From Alkalilimnicola ehrlichii MLHE-1 (GTDB lineage: Bacteria; Pseudomonadota; Gammaproteobacteria; Nitrococcales; Halorhodospiraceae): DNA of 32,000 nucleotides. The translations under genes and the position numbers were made by a program. The first letter of the stretch is position 1. Each line of letters begins with the position of its first letter. This document shows positions 11,243-22,170 of this stretch, piece by piece. The stretch lies in contig NC_008340.1 in the NCBI RefSeq assembly GCF_000014785.1, positions 2,970,001-3,002,000 of the forward strand, read 5' to 3'. The notes under the pieces were generated by a model. That model did no database searches. It worked only from the letters and a program-made list of their open reading frames with translations, and was not told the DNA's origin.

Positions 11243-13636
11243 ATGAGCAAGAACCTGGTCATCGTCGAGTCCCCCGCCAAGGCCAAGACCATCAACAAGT
11301 ACCTGGGCAAGGACTACAAGGTGCTGGCCTCCTACGGCCATGTGCGCGATCTGGTGCCCAAGGAGGGGGCGGTGGACCCGGAGCATGGCTTTGCCATGAA
11401 GTACACCACCATCGACAAAAACGCCAAGCACGTGGACACCATCGCCAAGGCGATGAAGCAGGCCGACGCCCTCTATCTGGCCACGGACCCCGACCGCGAG
11501 GGTGAGGCCATCTCCTGGCACCTCTACGAGCTGCTCAAAGAGAAGGGGGCCCTGAAGGACAAACCGGTCTACCGGGTGGTGTTCCACGAGATCACCCCGC
11601 GCGCCATCCGCGAGGCCATGGAGCACCCGCGGGAGCTGTCCACCCCGCTGATCAACGCCCAGCAGGCGCGCCGCGCGCTGGACTACCTGGTGGGCTTCAA
11701 CCTCTCGCCGCTGCTCTGGAAGAAGATCGCCACCGGGCTGTCCGCCGGCCGGGTGCAGAGCCCCGCGCTGCGCATGATCGTGGAGCGCGAGGAGGAGATC
11801 GAGAAATTCATCTCCCGCGAGTACTGGACTGTGGAGGCCGACCTGGCCAGGAACGGTGAGGCGTTCCCCGGGCGCCTGCACACCCTGGACGGCCAGCGGG
11901 TCAAGCAGTTTGATATCGACAACGGTGAACGGGCGCGCGAGGTGGAGCACCAGCTTGCCCGGGCGGCTGGCATGGCGTTGAGCAAGAGCCATATCGACGC
12001 CGGCGAGGGGGAGAGCCCGGTCCAGAGCCCCGGCACGGTCCAGGTCACCCAGGTGGAGAAGAAGCAGCGCCGGCGCAACCCGGCCGCGCCCTTCACCACC
12101 TCCACCCTGCAACAGGAGGCCGCACGCAAGCTCGGTTTCACCGCCAACCGCACCATGCGCGTGGCCCAGCAGCTCTATGAGGGCATCGACATCGGCGGTG
12201 GGGTGACCGGTCTGATCACCTACATGCGGACCGACTCGGTCAACCTCTCCCAGGAGGCGGTGGCGGACCTGCGCGACACCATCGCCAAACGCTACGGCGA
12301 GGACCGGCTGCCCAAGGCGCCCCAGGTCTACCGCACCAAGTCCAAGAATGCCCAGGAGGCCCACGAGGCCATCCGGCCCACCGGCGCCTTCCGCCTGCCG
12401 GAGGAGGTGCGCGGCAAGCTCAGCGACGACCAATTCCGGCTCTACGAGCTGATCTGGAAGCGCGCGGTGGCCTGCCAGATGATCCCGGCGCTGATCAACA
12501 CCGTTGCGGTGGACCTGGCCTGCGGCGAAGGCAACAGCTTCCGTGCCACCGGGTCCACCATTGCGGAGCCCGGCTTCATGGCGGTCTACCTGGAAGGCAC
12601 CGACGACCGCAAGCCCGACGTGGGCAGCAGCGAGCGCATTCTGCCCCCGCTCAAGGAGGGCGATAAGGTGGCCCTGGAGCGCATCAAGCCCGAACAGCAC
12701 TTCACCGAGCCGCCGCCCCGTTACACCGAGGCCAGCCTGGTCCGCGCACTGGAAGAGTACGGCATCGGGCGCCCCTCCACCTATGCGGCGATCATCTCCA
12801 CCCTGCAGCAGCGCAAGTACGTGGAGCTGGACGGCAAGCGCTTCCGGCCCACCGACATCGGCCGGGTGGTCAATCGCTTCCTGACCGATCACTTCGACCG
12901 CTACGTGGATTACGATTTCACCGCCCGGCTGGAGGACGATCTGGACGCCGTCTCCCGTGGCGAGCGCGATTGGGTGCCGCTGCTGGAGGAGTTCTGGCAG
13001 CCCTTCAAGGACAAGGTGGATGAGAAGGCGACCATCTCCCGCGAGGAGGTGATGCAGAGCCGCGACTTGGGCACCGACCCCAAGACCGGCAAGCCGGTCA
13101 GTGTCCGGGTGGGTCGTTTCGGGCCCTTTGTGCAACTGGGCACCAAGGACGATGAGGAAAAGCCCCGTTTCGCCGGTCTGCGCCCGGGCCAGAGTATGGA
13201 CAAGATCACCCTCGAGGAGGCCCTGGAGCTGTTCAAGCTGCCCCGCGACATGGGCGAGACCCCCGAGGGCGAGCCCATGCAGGTGAACATCGGCCGCTTC
13301 GGGCCCTACGTGCGCTTCGGCAATAAGTTTGTCTCCATCAAGGACGACGACCCCTACACCATCAGCCGTGAGCGCTGCCTGGAGCTGGTTGAGGAGAAGA
13401 AGCGCATCGAACGCGAGCGCACGATCCGCGACTTTGAAGGCAGCGACATCCGCATCCTCAAGGGGCGCTACGGGCCCTATATCACCAATGGCAAGAAGAA
13501 CGCTCGCATCCCCAAGGACCGCGAACCCGAATCGCTGGGCCTGGAGGAGTGCGAGGAACTGATCGCCAAAGCGCCCGAGCGCAAGGGCCGCCGGCGCACC
13601 GGTGGCACCGGCCGTAAACGCAGCACCAAGGCCTGA
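11243..13636 (+). CDS. topA: DNA topoisomerase I (type IA), with C-terminal topoisomerase repeats but no Cys4 zinc ribbons
   Basis: 797 aa; MSKNLVIVESPAKAKTINKYLG; catalytic region GLITYMRTDS; C-terminal NIGRFGPYVRFGNKFVSI and LKGRYGPYITNGKKNARIP repeats; Lys/Arg-rich tail. Confidence 0.98.
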   Translation: MSKNLVIVESPAKAKTINKYLGKDYKVLASYGHVRDLVPKEGAVDPEHGFAMKYTTIDKNAKHVDTIAKAMKQADALYLATDPDREGEAISWHLYELLKEKGALKDKPVYRVVFHEITPRAIREAMEHPRELSTPLINAQQARRALDYLVGFNLSPLLWKKIATGLSAGRVQSPALRMIVEREEEIEKFISREYWTVEADLARNGEAFPGRLHTLDGQRVKQFDIDNGERAREVEHQLARAAGMALSKSHIDAGEGESPVQSPGTVQVTQVEKKQRRRNPAAPFTTSTLQQEAARKLGFTANRTMRVAQQLYEGIDIGGGVTGLITYMRTDSVNLSQEAVADLRDTIAKRYGEDRLPKAPQVYRTKSKNAQEAHEAIRPTGAFRLPEEVRGKLSDDQFRLYELIWKRAVACQMIPALINTVAVDLACGEGNSFRATGSTIAEPGFMAVYLEGTDDRKPDVGSSERILPPLKEGDKVALERIKPEQHFTEPPPRYTEASLVRALEEYGIGRPSTYAAIISTLQQRKYVELDGKRFRPTDIGRVVNRFLTDHFDRYVDYDFTARLEDDLDAVSRGERDWVPLLEEFWQPFKDKVDEKATISREEVMQSRDLGTDPKTGKPVSVRVGRFGPFVQLGTKDDEEKPRFAGLRPGQSMDKITLEEALELFKLPRDMGETPEGEPMQVNIGRFGPYVRFGNKFVSIKDDDPYTISRERCLELVEEKKRIERERTIRDFEGSDIRILKGRYGPYITNGKKNARIPKDREPESLGLEECEELIAKAPERKGRRRTGGTGRKRSTKA

Positions 13637-13712
13637 CCGCCCCTGCTGGCCGACGCGGCCCCTACCCCCGGGGCGCGCCGGGCCAGCGGGGCCGCTTGAG
13701 AACGCGACACCG

Positions 13713-14285
13713 ATGCCGACTGAAACGACCCCGCGCTTTCGCATCCGCCAGTGCGCCGCCCGCCTGCAGGCGGGCGGCGTGGTGGCCTACCCCACCGAGG
13801 CGGTTTACGGCCTGGGCTGCGACCCGGGCGACCCGGCCGCGGTGGCCACGCTGCTCACCCTCAAGCGCCGCGACCCGGGCAAGGGGCTCATCCTGATCGC
13901 CAGCCGGGTGAGCCAACTGTCGCCCTGGCTGGGCGACGCCCCCCTCCCCCAGGCCGTACTGGCGAGCTGGCCCGGCCCCAACACCTGGCTTTTGCCCGCC
14001 GCGCCCCACACCCCGGCCTGGATCACCGGTGGTCGGGCCAAGGTCGCCGTGCGGGTCACCGCGCATCCCGTGGCCGCCGCCCTGTGTGAGGCCTTCGGTG
14101 GCGCCATCGTCTCCACCAGTGCCAACCGCGATGGCCAGCCCCCGGCCCGCAGCGCCACCCAGGTGCGAACCCGCCTGGGCGCCGAGGCCGCCGAGCTGGC
14201 CGACATCCTCCCCGGCCCGGTGGACCGCAGCGCCCGTCCCACCGCCATCCGCGACGCCGAGAGCGGTGCGGTCATCCGCGCCTGA
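13713..14285 (+). CDS. tsaC: Threonylcarbamoyl-AMP synthase (TsaC/YrdC/Sua5 family)
   Basis: 190 aa from MPTETTPRFRIRQCAARLQAGGVVAYPTEAVYGLGCDP; KRRDPGKGLILIAS; SANRDGQPP. Size and context match E. coli tsaC. Confidence 0.95.
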   Translation: MPTETTPRFRIRQCAARLQAGGVVAYPTEAVYGLGCDPGDPAAVATLLTLKRRDPGKGLILIASRVSQLSPWLGDAPLPQAVLASWPGPNTWLLPAAPHTPAWITGGRAKVAVRVTAHPVAAALCEAFGGAIVSTSANRDGQPPARSATQVRTRLGAEAAELADILPGPVDRSARPTAIRDAESGAVIRA

Positions 14286-15860
<1,575 letters not shown>

Positions 15861-15878
15861 CGGCAGCGAGGCCCACTG

Positions 15879-16334
15879 ATGACGACGCCAACCTGGAAAC
15901 GCCCGGACGGCCAGCCCACGCTGTCGCTGGAGACCATCGAGAGCGTGGTACGGGCCTTCTACGCCCGGGCCCGGACCCATCCGGACCTGGCCGAGGCCTT
16001 CGCCCAGGTGGACGATTGGGACGAGCACATCGCGCGCATCACCCACTTCTGGTGGCTGAGCCTGGGGGGCCGGCGCTACCGTCCCGATCGCTTCCACGTG
16101 GGGCCGAAACACGTGGCCCTGGGGGTGACCGGTCGGCAGGTGGACGCCTGGTTGGGGCTGTTTGAGGAGACTCTAACGCAGCACATCGACGACGAGCAGG
16201 CCCGCGCCGACTGGCTGCAGCGCGCCCGCCACATGGGCCGCAGCATCCGCGAGCTGAGCGAATTCTACCGGCAGCGCGCCCGGCGCACGGATGACCCCCA
16301 TTTGCATCAGAGGCCGGCCGTGCGCCGCGACTGA
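15879..16334 (+). CDS. Group III truncated hemoglobin-like protein
   Basis: 151 aa; VVRAFYARARTHPDLAEAFAQVDDWDEHIARITHFWWLSLGGRRYRPDRFHVGPKHVALGV matches the TrHb3 pattern. Starts 18 nt after hemF. Confidence 0.82.
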   Translation: MTTPTWKRPDGQPTLSLETIESVVRAFYARARTHPDLAEAFAQVDDWDEHIARITHFWWLSLGGRRYRPDRFHVGPKHVALGVTGRQVDAWLGLFEETLTQHIDDEQARADWLQRARHMGRSIRELSEFYRQRARRTDDPHLHQRPAVRRD

Positions 16335-16340
16335 ACCGGG

Positions 16341-17342
16341 TTACTGCTCCGCGTAGTAACGGCGCAGCACCTCCACCTCCTCGCGGGAGCCCAGCATCAG
16401 GCCGGAGCGCTGGTGCAGCGCCTCCGGCTGCAGGTCGAGGGCCCGCTCCTTGCCGGTAAAGGCCTCGCCACCCGCCTGCTCCATCAGCATGGACATGGGG
16501 TTGATCTCGTAGAGCACCCGCAGGCGACCGTTGGGCCGCTTTTCGTCCGCCGGGTAGAGGAACACCCCGCCGCGGGTGAAGATCCGGTGCAGGTCCGCCA
16601 CCATGGAGGCGATCCAGCGCATGTTGAACCGCTTGCCCCGCGGGCCCTCCTCGCCGTCCAGGCACTCCTCGATATAGCGTTTGATCGGAGCCGGCCAGAT
16701 GCGCTGGTAGGAGCAGTTGATGGCAAACTCCGCCGTCTGCTCCGGCACCTTCATCTTGGAACTGGTCAGGAACCACTCACCCTGGCCGCGATCCAGAGTG
16801 AAGGCGTAGACGCCGTCGCCCAGGGTGAGCACCAGCACCGTGCTGGGCCCGTAGACCGCGTAGCCGGCGGCCACCTGCCGATGCCCGGGCTGCAGCAGGT
16901 CCTCGTTCACCGGGTCGCGACCGGTGTCCGGGGCCGGCAGCACCGAGAAGATGGTGCCCACCGAGACGTTGACGTCGATGTTGGAGGAGCCGTCCAGCGG
17001 GTCGAACAAGAGCAGCCAGGGGCCGCGCGGCTCACCCTCGGGCAGGGTGTAGATGTCATCCTCCTCCTCGGAGGCCATACCCGCGACGGTGCCGCCCCAG
17101 TTGCAGCCCTCGATCAGGACGTCGTTGGCGAAGACGTCCAGCTTCTTCTGCTCCTCCCCCTGGACGTTGACGTTGTCGGCGGCGCCAGTCATCTCGCGCA
17201 GCGCCCCGCCGGCGACGGCGTCGGCGATCCGCCGGCAACTGTCCCCGACCTGGCGCAGCAGAAGGGCGAGGGCCTTGCCCTTTTCGTCCTGGGGACACTG
17301 TTGGGCCAGAAACCGGCCCAGGGTCATACGTGACTGATCCAT
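16341..17342 (-). CDS. fbp: Fructose-1,6-bisphosphatase class 1
   Basis: 333 aa; LLFDPLDGSSNIDVNVSVGTIFSVLP; RYIGSMVAD-like segment RWIASMVADLHRIFTRGGVFLYP; YEINPMSMLMEQAGG. Confidence 0.97.
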   Translation of the reverse strand: MDQSRMTLGRFLAQQCPQDEKGKALALLLRQVGDSCRRIADAVAGGALREMTGAADNVNVQGEEQKKLDVFANDVLIEGCNWGGTVAGMASEEEDDIYTLPEGEPRGPWLLLFDPLDGSSNIDVNVSVGTIFSVLPAPDTGRDPVNEDLLQPGHRQVAAGYAVYGPSTVLVLTLGDGVYAFTLDRGQGEWFLTSSKMKVPEQTAEFAINCSYQRIWPAPIKRYIEECLDGEEGPRGKRFNMRWIASMVADLHRIFTRGGVFLYPADEKRPNGRLRVLYEINPMSMLMEQAGGEAFTGKERALDLQPEALHQRSGLMLGSREEVEVLRRYYAEQ

Positions 17343-17445
17343 TATGAATCTCCTGAAAATCTTTTTGCTGTCGGCCCGAACCCGGCGGCCGGTGTTGTGG
17401 TGTTTGTCGTCACCGGGAGCGGGCAGTGGTCAGCCCTCGTGGCCC

Positions 17446-18693
17446 TTACTTTAAACAAGGCACCCGCCATTGCGCCAGGGATTCCCGATAACGCTCGGCC
17501 ATATCCGCCCGCTCCAGCACCGCAGAACGGCCTAGGGCGCCCCGTTCCGCCAGGGCCCCGGGGTCTGCCAGCCAGGCGGCGGCGGTGGCGGCTACTGCCC
17601 TGGGGTCCGCTACCCGTTTCAGCGCCCCGCAGCGCTCCAGCAGGGCCGCCTCGTCGGCGAAGTTGTGCAGGTAAGGCCCGCTGAGCAGCGCCCGGCCTAG
17701 GCGGGCCGGCTCCAGCAGATTCTGGCCGCCATGCGGGATCAGGCTGCCCCCCATGAAGACGAGCTCGGCCCCCGCCATGAAGCCCTCCAGCTCGCCGAAG
17801 GTGTCGGCCAGGTAGACCGGGTCCGCCGGATCGGGCTGCTCGCCCCGGCTACGCACGGCGAAGCGGACACCGGCCTGCTGCAGTGAACGGACCAGCGCCT
17901 CGCCCCGCTGCGGGTGGCGCGGGGCGATGACCAGCAGCGGGAGCCTGTCGCCGGCCTCGCGCCAGGCAGTGGCCAGCCGGCACTCCTCATCGTCGTGGGT
18001 GGAGGCGGCCAGTACGTAAGGGCGGCCCAGATCGATGGCGCAGGGCGCGCCGCCCTCCCCGCCACCGGCGGCGAACTTGAGGTTCCCCACCACCTGGATG
18101 CGGTCCGCCGGCGCGCCCAGTTCCCGGTAGGCGGCGGCGTCCGCCTCGGAGCGGGCCAGCACCACGGTGACGCCGGCCAATGCCTCCCGGTAGAGGGCGC
18201 GGACGGGCCGGGGCGCGCGCAGGGTCCGGTGGCTGAGCCGACCGTTGACGATGGCCAGCGGCACACCGCGGCGGCGGCAGGCCGCGAACAGCTCCGGCCA
18301 GAGCTCGGTCTCCACCACGAGGCCGGCGGCCGGCCGCACGGCATCGAGAAAGCGGGCCACCGGGCGGGGCCGGTCCATCGGCAGGAAGAGCTGCTGTAGC
18401 CCGGGGATACGGCGGGCGGTCTGGCCGCCGGTGGGAGTGCTGGTGGTCAGGGTGATGGCCAGTGCCGGGTCCGCCGCCCGAATCGCCTCCAGCAGGGGCC
18501 GCACGGTGCGCACCTCGCCCACCGAGGCGGCGTGGATCCAAAGCCCGCCGGGCCTCACCCCCGCCGGGTAGCGGCCGCGGCGCTGGGCGGCGTACCCGGC
18601 CTCCCCCGCCCGGCGGCCCTCACGGGCGGCATGCCAGCGCAGCAGCGGCCAGAGCATGGCGCTCAAGGGACGGTAGAGGATCTCGCGGATCAT
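17446..18693 (-). CDS. waaA: 3-deoxy-D-manno-octulosonic acid transferase
   Basis: 415 aa; GLWIHAASVGEVRTVRPLLEAI; TGGQTARRI; VVETELWPELFAACRRRGVPLAIVNGRLS; GGSLIPHGGQNLLEPA. Confidence 0.96.
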   Translation of the reverse strand: MIREILYRPLSAMLWPLLRWHAAREGRRAGEAGYAAQRRGRYPAGVRPGGLWIHAASVGEVRTVRPLLEAIRAADPALAITLTTSTPTGGQTARRIPGLQQLFLPMDRPRPVARFLDAVRPAAGLVVETELWPELFAACRRRGVPLAIVNGRLSHRTLRAPRPVRALYREALAGVTVVLARSEADAAAYRELGAPADRIQVVGNLKFAAGGGEGGAPCAIDLGRPYVLAASTHDDEECRLATAWREAGDRLPLLVIAPRHPQRGEALVRSLQQAGVRFAVRSRGEQPDPADPVYLADTFGELEGFMAGAELVFMGGSLIPHGGQNLLEPARLGRALLSGPYLHNFADEAALLERCGALKRVADPRAVAATAAAWLADPGALAERGALGRSAVLERADMAERYRESLAQWRVPCLK

Positions 18694-18730
18694 AGGCCGA
18701 TCCTACCGCAAACGGTCATGGCCGGCCGGT

Positions 18731-18948
18731 GGTGGCGGGTCGGCAGACGGGCGGGGGGTGATAGTGCGATCGTGCTCCGGATTGCGCACCCCTTCGGGGT
18801 CCCACTGCGCTACTCGCAAAAGAGCGGCGGCGCGAACTCGCTTCGCTCGGACAGGCGCGCCTTTTTTCCGCTCTTTTGCTGCGTTGCTCGGTGCGCAAAA
18901 GTCGCACGATCGCACTATCACCCCCCGCCCGTCTGCCGACCCGCCACC
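18731..18948. repeat. 218-bp nested palindrome / hairpin element with 45-bp perfect arms
   Basis: 18731-18775 (ggtggcgggtcggcagacgggcggggggtgatagtgcgatcgtgc) is the exact reverse complement of 18904-18948. Inner pairs: ttgcgcacc 18782-18790 / ggtgcgcaa 18890-18898; gcaaaagagcgg 18816-18827 / ccgctcttttgc 18868-18879; ggcgcg 18829-18834 / cgcgcc 18856-18861. Confidence 0.95.
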
Positions 18949-18975
18949 GCTGCCATGATCAACGACCCGCCCCGC

Positions 18976-19899
18976 CTAATCATAGAGCGGCGGCGCCCCC
19001 TCCGGGCGGGTCCGGAAGCGCTTGCGCCCCCAGAAGTACTGCTCCGGGGCCCGGCGCACCTGCGCCTCGATCAGGGCGTTGACCCGCGCCGTGTCGGCCT
19101 CCAGGTCCTCACCGGGGAAGCCCTCCAGCGGCGGGGTGATGATCACCCGGTAGCGCCCCCCCGGCTCCCGCAACTGGAAGAAGCCCAGCACCGGGGCCCC
19201 GCTCATTCGGGCCAGGCGGGAGGTGGCCGGGGTGGTACTGGCCTGGACTCCGAAGAAGGGCGCAAACACCCCCTTGCCCCTGCGCATGTTCTCGTCGGGG
19301 GCGTACCACACCGGGACGTTGTCGCGCAGGCTGCGCACCATGCTGCGCAGATCCTTGCTGCGGATGAGCTTCTTCACGTGGCGCAGGCGCGAGCGCTCGA
19401 TCAGGGTGGCGACGAAGGGGTCCTTCTCCGGCCGGTACAGGGGATGGAACCGCTGGTAAGGGATGAGCAGCCGGCAGCCCAGCTCCAGAGTGGTGAAGTG
19501 GCCGCTCAGCAGGATCGCCCCGCGCCCGGCCGACAGGGCCCGCTCCAGGTGCTCCAACCCCTCCACACGGGCGCGCCGGTGCACCCGCCAATCCGGGGCC
19601 CACCAGCCCATGGCGATCTCCACCACCCCCATACCCAGGGCCCGGAAGTGGCGCCGCGCCAGGCGCTCCCGCTCATTCGCGGACCAATCCGGGAAACACA
19701 GGGCGAGGTTCTTGCGCACGATCCGCCGCCGGCCCGGCGCCAGGAAATAACCGGCGCCGCCCAGCAGCGCGCCGAGCGCCAGGGCCAGGCCCCAGGGCAG
19801 GAAGACCAGCGCGCGCATAAAGCCCAGCGCGACCCAGTGTGGCCAGTAGCGGGGGGCCAGGAAACGGCGTTGCAGCAACGGTGGCGGGGTCTGAGACAC
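18976..19899 (-). CDS. LpxL/HtrB-family lipid A acyltransferase
   Basis: 307 aa; acyltransferase H-x4-E motif (LLSGHFTTLELGCRLL); PLYRPEKDPFVATLIERSRLRH; N-terminal WPHWVALGFMRALVFLPWG. Confidence 0.88.
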   Translation of the reverse strand: MSQTPPPLLQRRFLAPRYWPHWVALGFMRALVFLPWGLALALGALLGGAGYFLAPGRRRIVRKNLALCFPDWSANERERLARRHFRALGMGVVEIAMGWWAPDWRVHRRARVEGLEHLERALSAGRGAILLSGHFTTLELGCRLLIPYQRFHPLYRPEKDPFVATLIERSRLRHVKKLIRSKDLRSMVRSLRDNVPVWYAPDENMRRGKGVFAPFFGVQASTTPATSRLARMSGAPVLGFFQLREPGGRYRVIITPPLEGFPGEDLEADTARVNALIEAQVRRAPEQYFWGRKRFRTRPEGAPPLYD

Positions 19900-19943
19900 G
19901 GTGCATCCAGCGGTGGCCGGGGGGCCTGCACGGCCCCCGTAAC

Positions 19944-21329
19944 TCAGATATCGGGGACAACCTCGGCGTTGGTGTCCAACCAGGTGTTGATGGTCGCCAG
20001 ATCGGCATCGGAGAGGGTGCCGGCGAAACGCTTCAGACGCACGGTCTGCAGCAGGTAATCGTAATTCGCCTGGCGGAAGTCCTGCTCGGCGCCCAACCGG
20101 TCCTGCTGGGCATCCAACAGCTCCACCACCGTCCGCGTCCCCACCTCGAAGCCGGCCTCCACCGCCTCCAGCGCCCGCTGGGTGGAGGTGATGGCCTGCT
20201 CGAAGGCCGCCGTCCGGGCGATGGCACTGCGCACACCGCGGTAGGCGTCGGTGGCGCCGCGGACCACGGCACGGCGGGTCTCCTCGAGCTCCTCTAATGC
20301 CGTGGTGTACTGGGACTGCGCCTCGCGCACCCGGGAGCGGGTGGCGCCACCCCGGTAGAGGGGCAGGTTCAGCCGCAGCCCGATGCTCGCCTGGTCGAAC
20401 TCCTCCGGACCCCGGGGCACGCCGGTCGCGGTGGTACGGCTGCCCTGATCCACCCGCTGCACATTGCCGACCAGGTCGACCGTGGGCAGGTGCTCGGCAC
20501 GCTGGACACCGATGTTCTCCATCGCCGCCTCGGAACCGTGACGGAAGGCCAGCAGGTCCCAGTTCTGGCGCTCCGCCTGCCGCGCCCAGGCCTCGCTGTC
20601 TTCCGGCTCCGGGGACTCCAGCGGGAGCGCCTCGTCCAGCAGGGCGAGCTCACGGTGGCTGCGTCCGGTCAGCTCGCGCAGGCCCTCCCGGGCGCTGTCC
20701 AGATCCGTTTCGGCCTGCAACAGGTTGGCGTGGGAGAGATCCCGCCGGGCGCGGGCCTCTTCCACATCGGTGACCGGCGCCATCCCCACCTCGAAGCGCT
20801 GTTCCGCCTGGTCCAACTGGCGCTCGATGGCGCGCAACTCGGCGCGGGCAAAGGCCACGCCATCCAGGGCCGCCAGCACCTCAAAATAGCGCTCAGTGAC
20901 CCGAACCATCAGGTCCTGCTCGGCACTGTTGAGCCGGGCCTGGGCTTGGGCCACCTGCAGGTCCGCCTCGCGCAGGCGCAGGAAGAGGCCGTAGCGGAAG
21001 ACCGGTTGGGTGAGGTCCAGCCCGATGGCGCTGGTGGTGTAATAGTCGGTGCCCAGCTCACCGGCACCGCTGCCGCGCGGTTCGTTGCGCTCGCGGTCGG
21101 CGGAACCGAAGGCGCTCAATTCGGGCAGGAGTCCGGCACGGGCCTGGGGCACCCGCTCGCGCACGGTCTCGAGCTCCGAGCGGGCCTGGCGTAGCTGGGG
21201 GTCGCTCTCGCGCGCTTCGTGATAGACGCGCAGCAGATCGTCGGCCGCCGTGAGCGGCGGCGCCACCAGCAGGGCCACGAGCAGCAGCAACGCCAGCGCC
21301 GGACGGCCGACTCGCCGGGGCAGAGGCAT
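19944..21329 (-). CDS. tolC: TolC-family outer membrane efflux protein
   Basis: Start at MPLPRRVGRPALALLLLVALL (21329). DLLRVYHEARESDPQLRQARSELE; TTSAIGLDLTQPVFR; SIGLRLNLPLYRGGATRSRVREA; VGTRTVVELLDAQQ. Confidence 0.93.
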   Translation of the reverse strand: MPLPRRVGRPALALLLLVALLVAPPLTAADDLLRVYHEARESDPQLRQARSELETVRERVPQARAGLLPELSAFGSADRERNEPRGSGAGELGTDYYTTSAIGLDLTQPVFRYGLFLRLREADLQVAQAQARLNSAEQDLMVRVTERYFEVLAALDGVAFARAELRAIERQLDQAEQRFEVGMAPVTDVEEARARRDLSHANLLQAETDLDSAREGLRELTGRSHRELALLDEALPLESPEPEDSEAWARQAERQNWDLLAFRHGSEAAMENIGVQRAEHLPTVDLVGNVQRVDQGSRTTATGVPRGPEEFDQASIGLRLNLPLYRGGATRSRVREAQSQYTTALEELEETRRAVVRGATDAYRGVRSAIARTAAFEQAITSTQRALEAVEAGFEVGTRTVVELLDAQQDRLGAEQDFRQANYDYLLQTVRLKRFAGTLSDADLATINTWLDTNAEVVPDI

Positions 21330-21351
21330 AACGGACGCGAACACCCCGGGC

Positions 21352-22014
21352 CTACAGGGCGAACCGGCGGCTGACCGGGGCATTGTGCAGCGGCGGCTGC
21401 ACCGTCTCGAACAGGCTCACGGAGGCCCACTGGTCCTCGGCCACCCGGGTGATCAGCAGCGCCTCCATGGCGGGCTTCTGGCCGACGATCAGGAACAATC
21501 GGCCGCCGATGGTCAGGCTGCGGTGAAAGCCCTCGTGAAACTCGGGCAGCGAGCCGGTGACCGCGATACAGTCATAGCGACGGCCGTCATCGAAACCGGC
21601 GGCGGCATCGCCCTGCTGCACGGTGACGTTGTCGATGCCCCGCGCCTGGTGGATGGTCCGGGCCCGCTGCACCAGCTCGTCGTGGATTTCCACCGAGACC
21701 ACAGAGGCGGCCATCCGCGCCAGGCAGGCGGCCAGGAAACCGCTGCCGGTGCCGATCTCCAGCGCCCGCTCCCCGGGCTCCGGGGCCAGGGCCTGCAGGA
21801 TACGGCCCTCGACCTTGGGCTCGTTCATGTATTCGCCACAGGGCAGCGGCAGCTGCATATCGGAATAGGCCAGCCGCTGATAGTCCTCGGGCACGAAGGC
21901 GTGGCGCGGCACGCTGCTCATCACCTCGAGCACGTCGCTGGCCAGCACGTCCCAGGGGCGCACCTGCTGCTCGACCATATTGAAGCGCGCCTTGTCCAGA
22001 TCCAGTTCCGTCAT
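21352..22014 (-). CDS. Protein-L-isoaspartate O-methyltransferase family protein
   Basis: 220 aa; MTELDLDKARFNMVEQQVRPWDVL; SAM motif ALEIGTGSGFLAACLARM. Located upstream of tolC, where such a paralog is common. Confidence 0.85.
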   Translation of the reverse strand: MTELDLDKARFNMVEQQVRPWDVLASDVLEVMSSVPRHAFVPEDYQRLAYSDMQLPLPCGEYMNEPKVEGRILQALAPEPGERALEIGTGSGFLAACLARMAASVVSVEIHDELVQRARTIHQARGIDNVTVQQGDAAAGFDDGRRYDCIAVTGSLPEFHEGFHRSLTIGGRLFLIVGQKPAMEALLITRVAEDQWASVSLFETVQPPLHNAPVSRRFAL

Positions 22015-22141
22015 CGCCCTGATCCCATCCTCTTGTCATAGGCCGGCGAAGCCGGCCTCCGGTTGCATTGTATACAGGGAGTCCAGTCCGCGCATGCTAT
22101 GCAGTTTGGGCCCGCCAGGCAAGCGCAAAGGCCCGGCGGAC

Positions 22142-22170
22142 TTGCACCGAAACGCCCCGACTGGTATAAA
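22142..22170 (+). promoter_or_regulatory. Sigma70-type promoter for rpmB-rpmG
   Basis: TTGCAC (22142-22147), 17-nt spacer, TATAAA (22165-22170), about 147 nt upstream of the rpmB ATG. Confidence 0.7.

Noticed and set aside
11177-13744. 855-aa minus-strand ORF antisense to topA
   Set aside because: High-GC shadow frame of a certain gene. It has low-complexity A/G/H/R-rich composition and no recognisable motif.
18532-20058. 508-aa plus-strand ORF covering the palindrome and the lpxL complement
   Set aside because: It runs across the nested inverted repeat and antisense to an acyltransferase, with no protein family signal.
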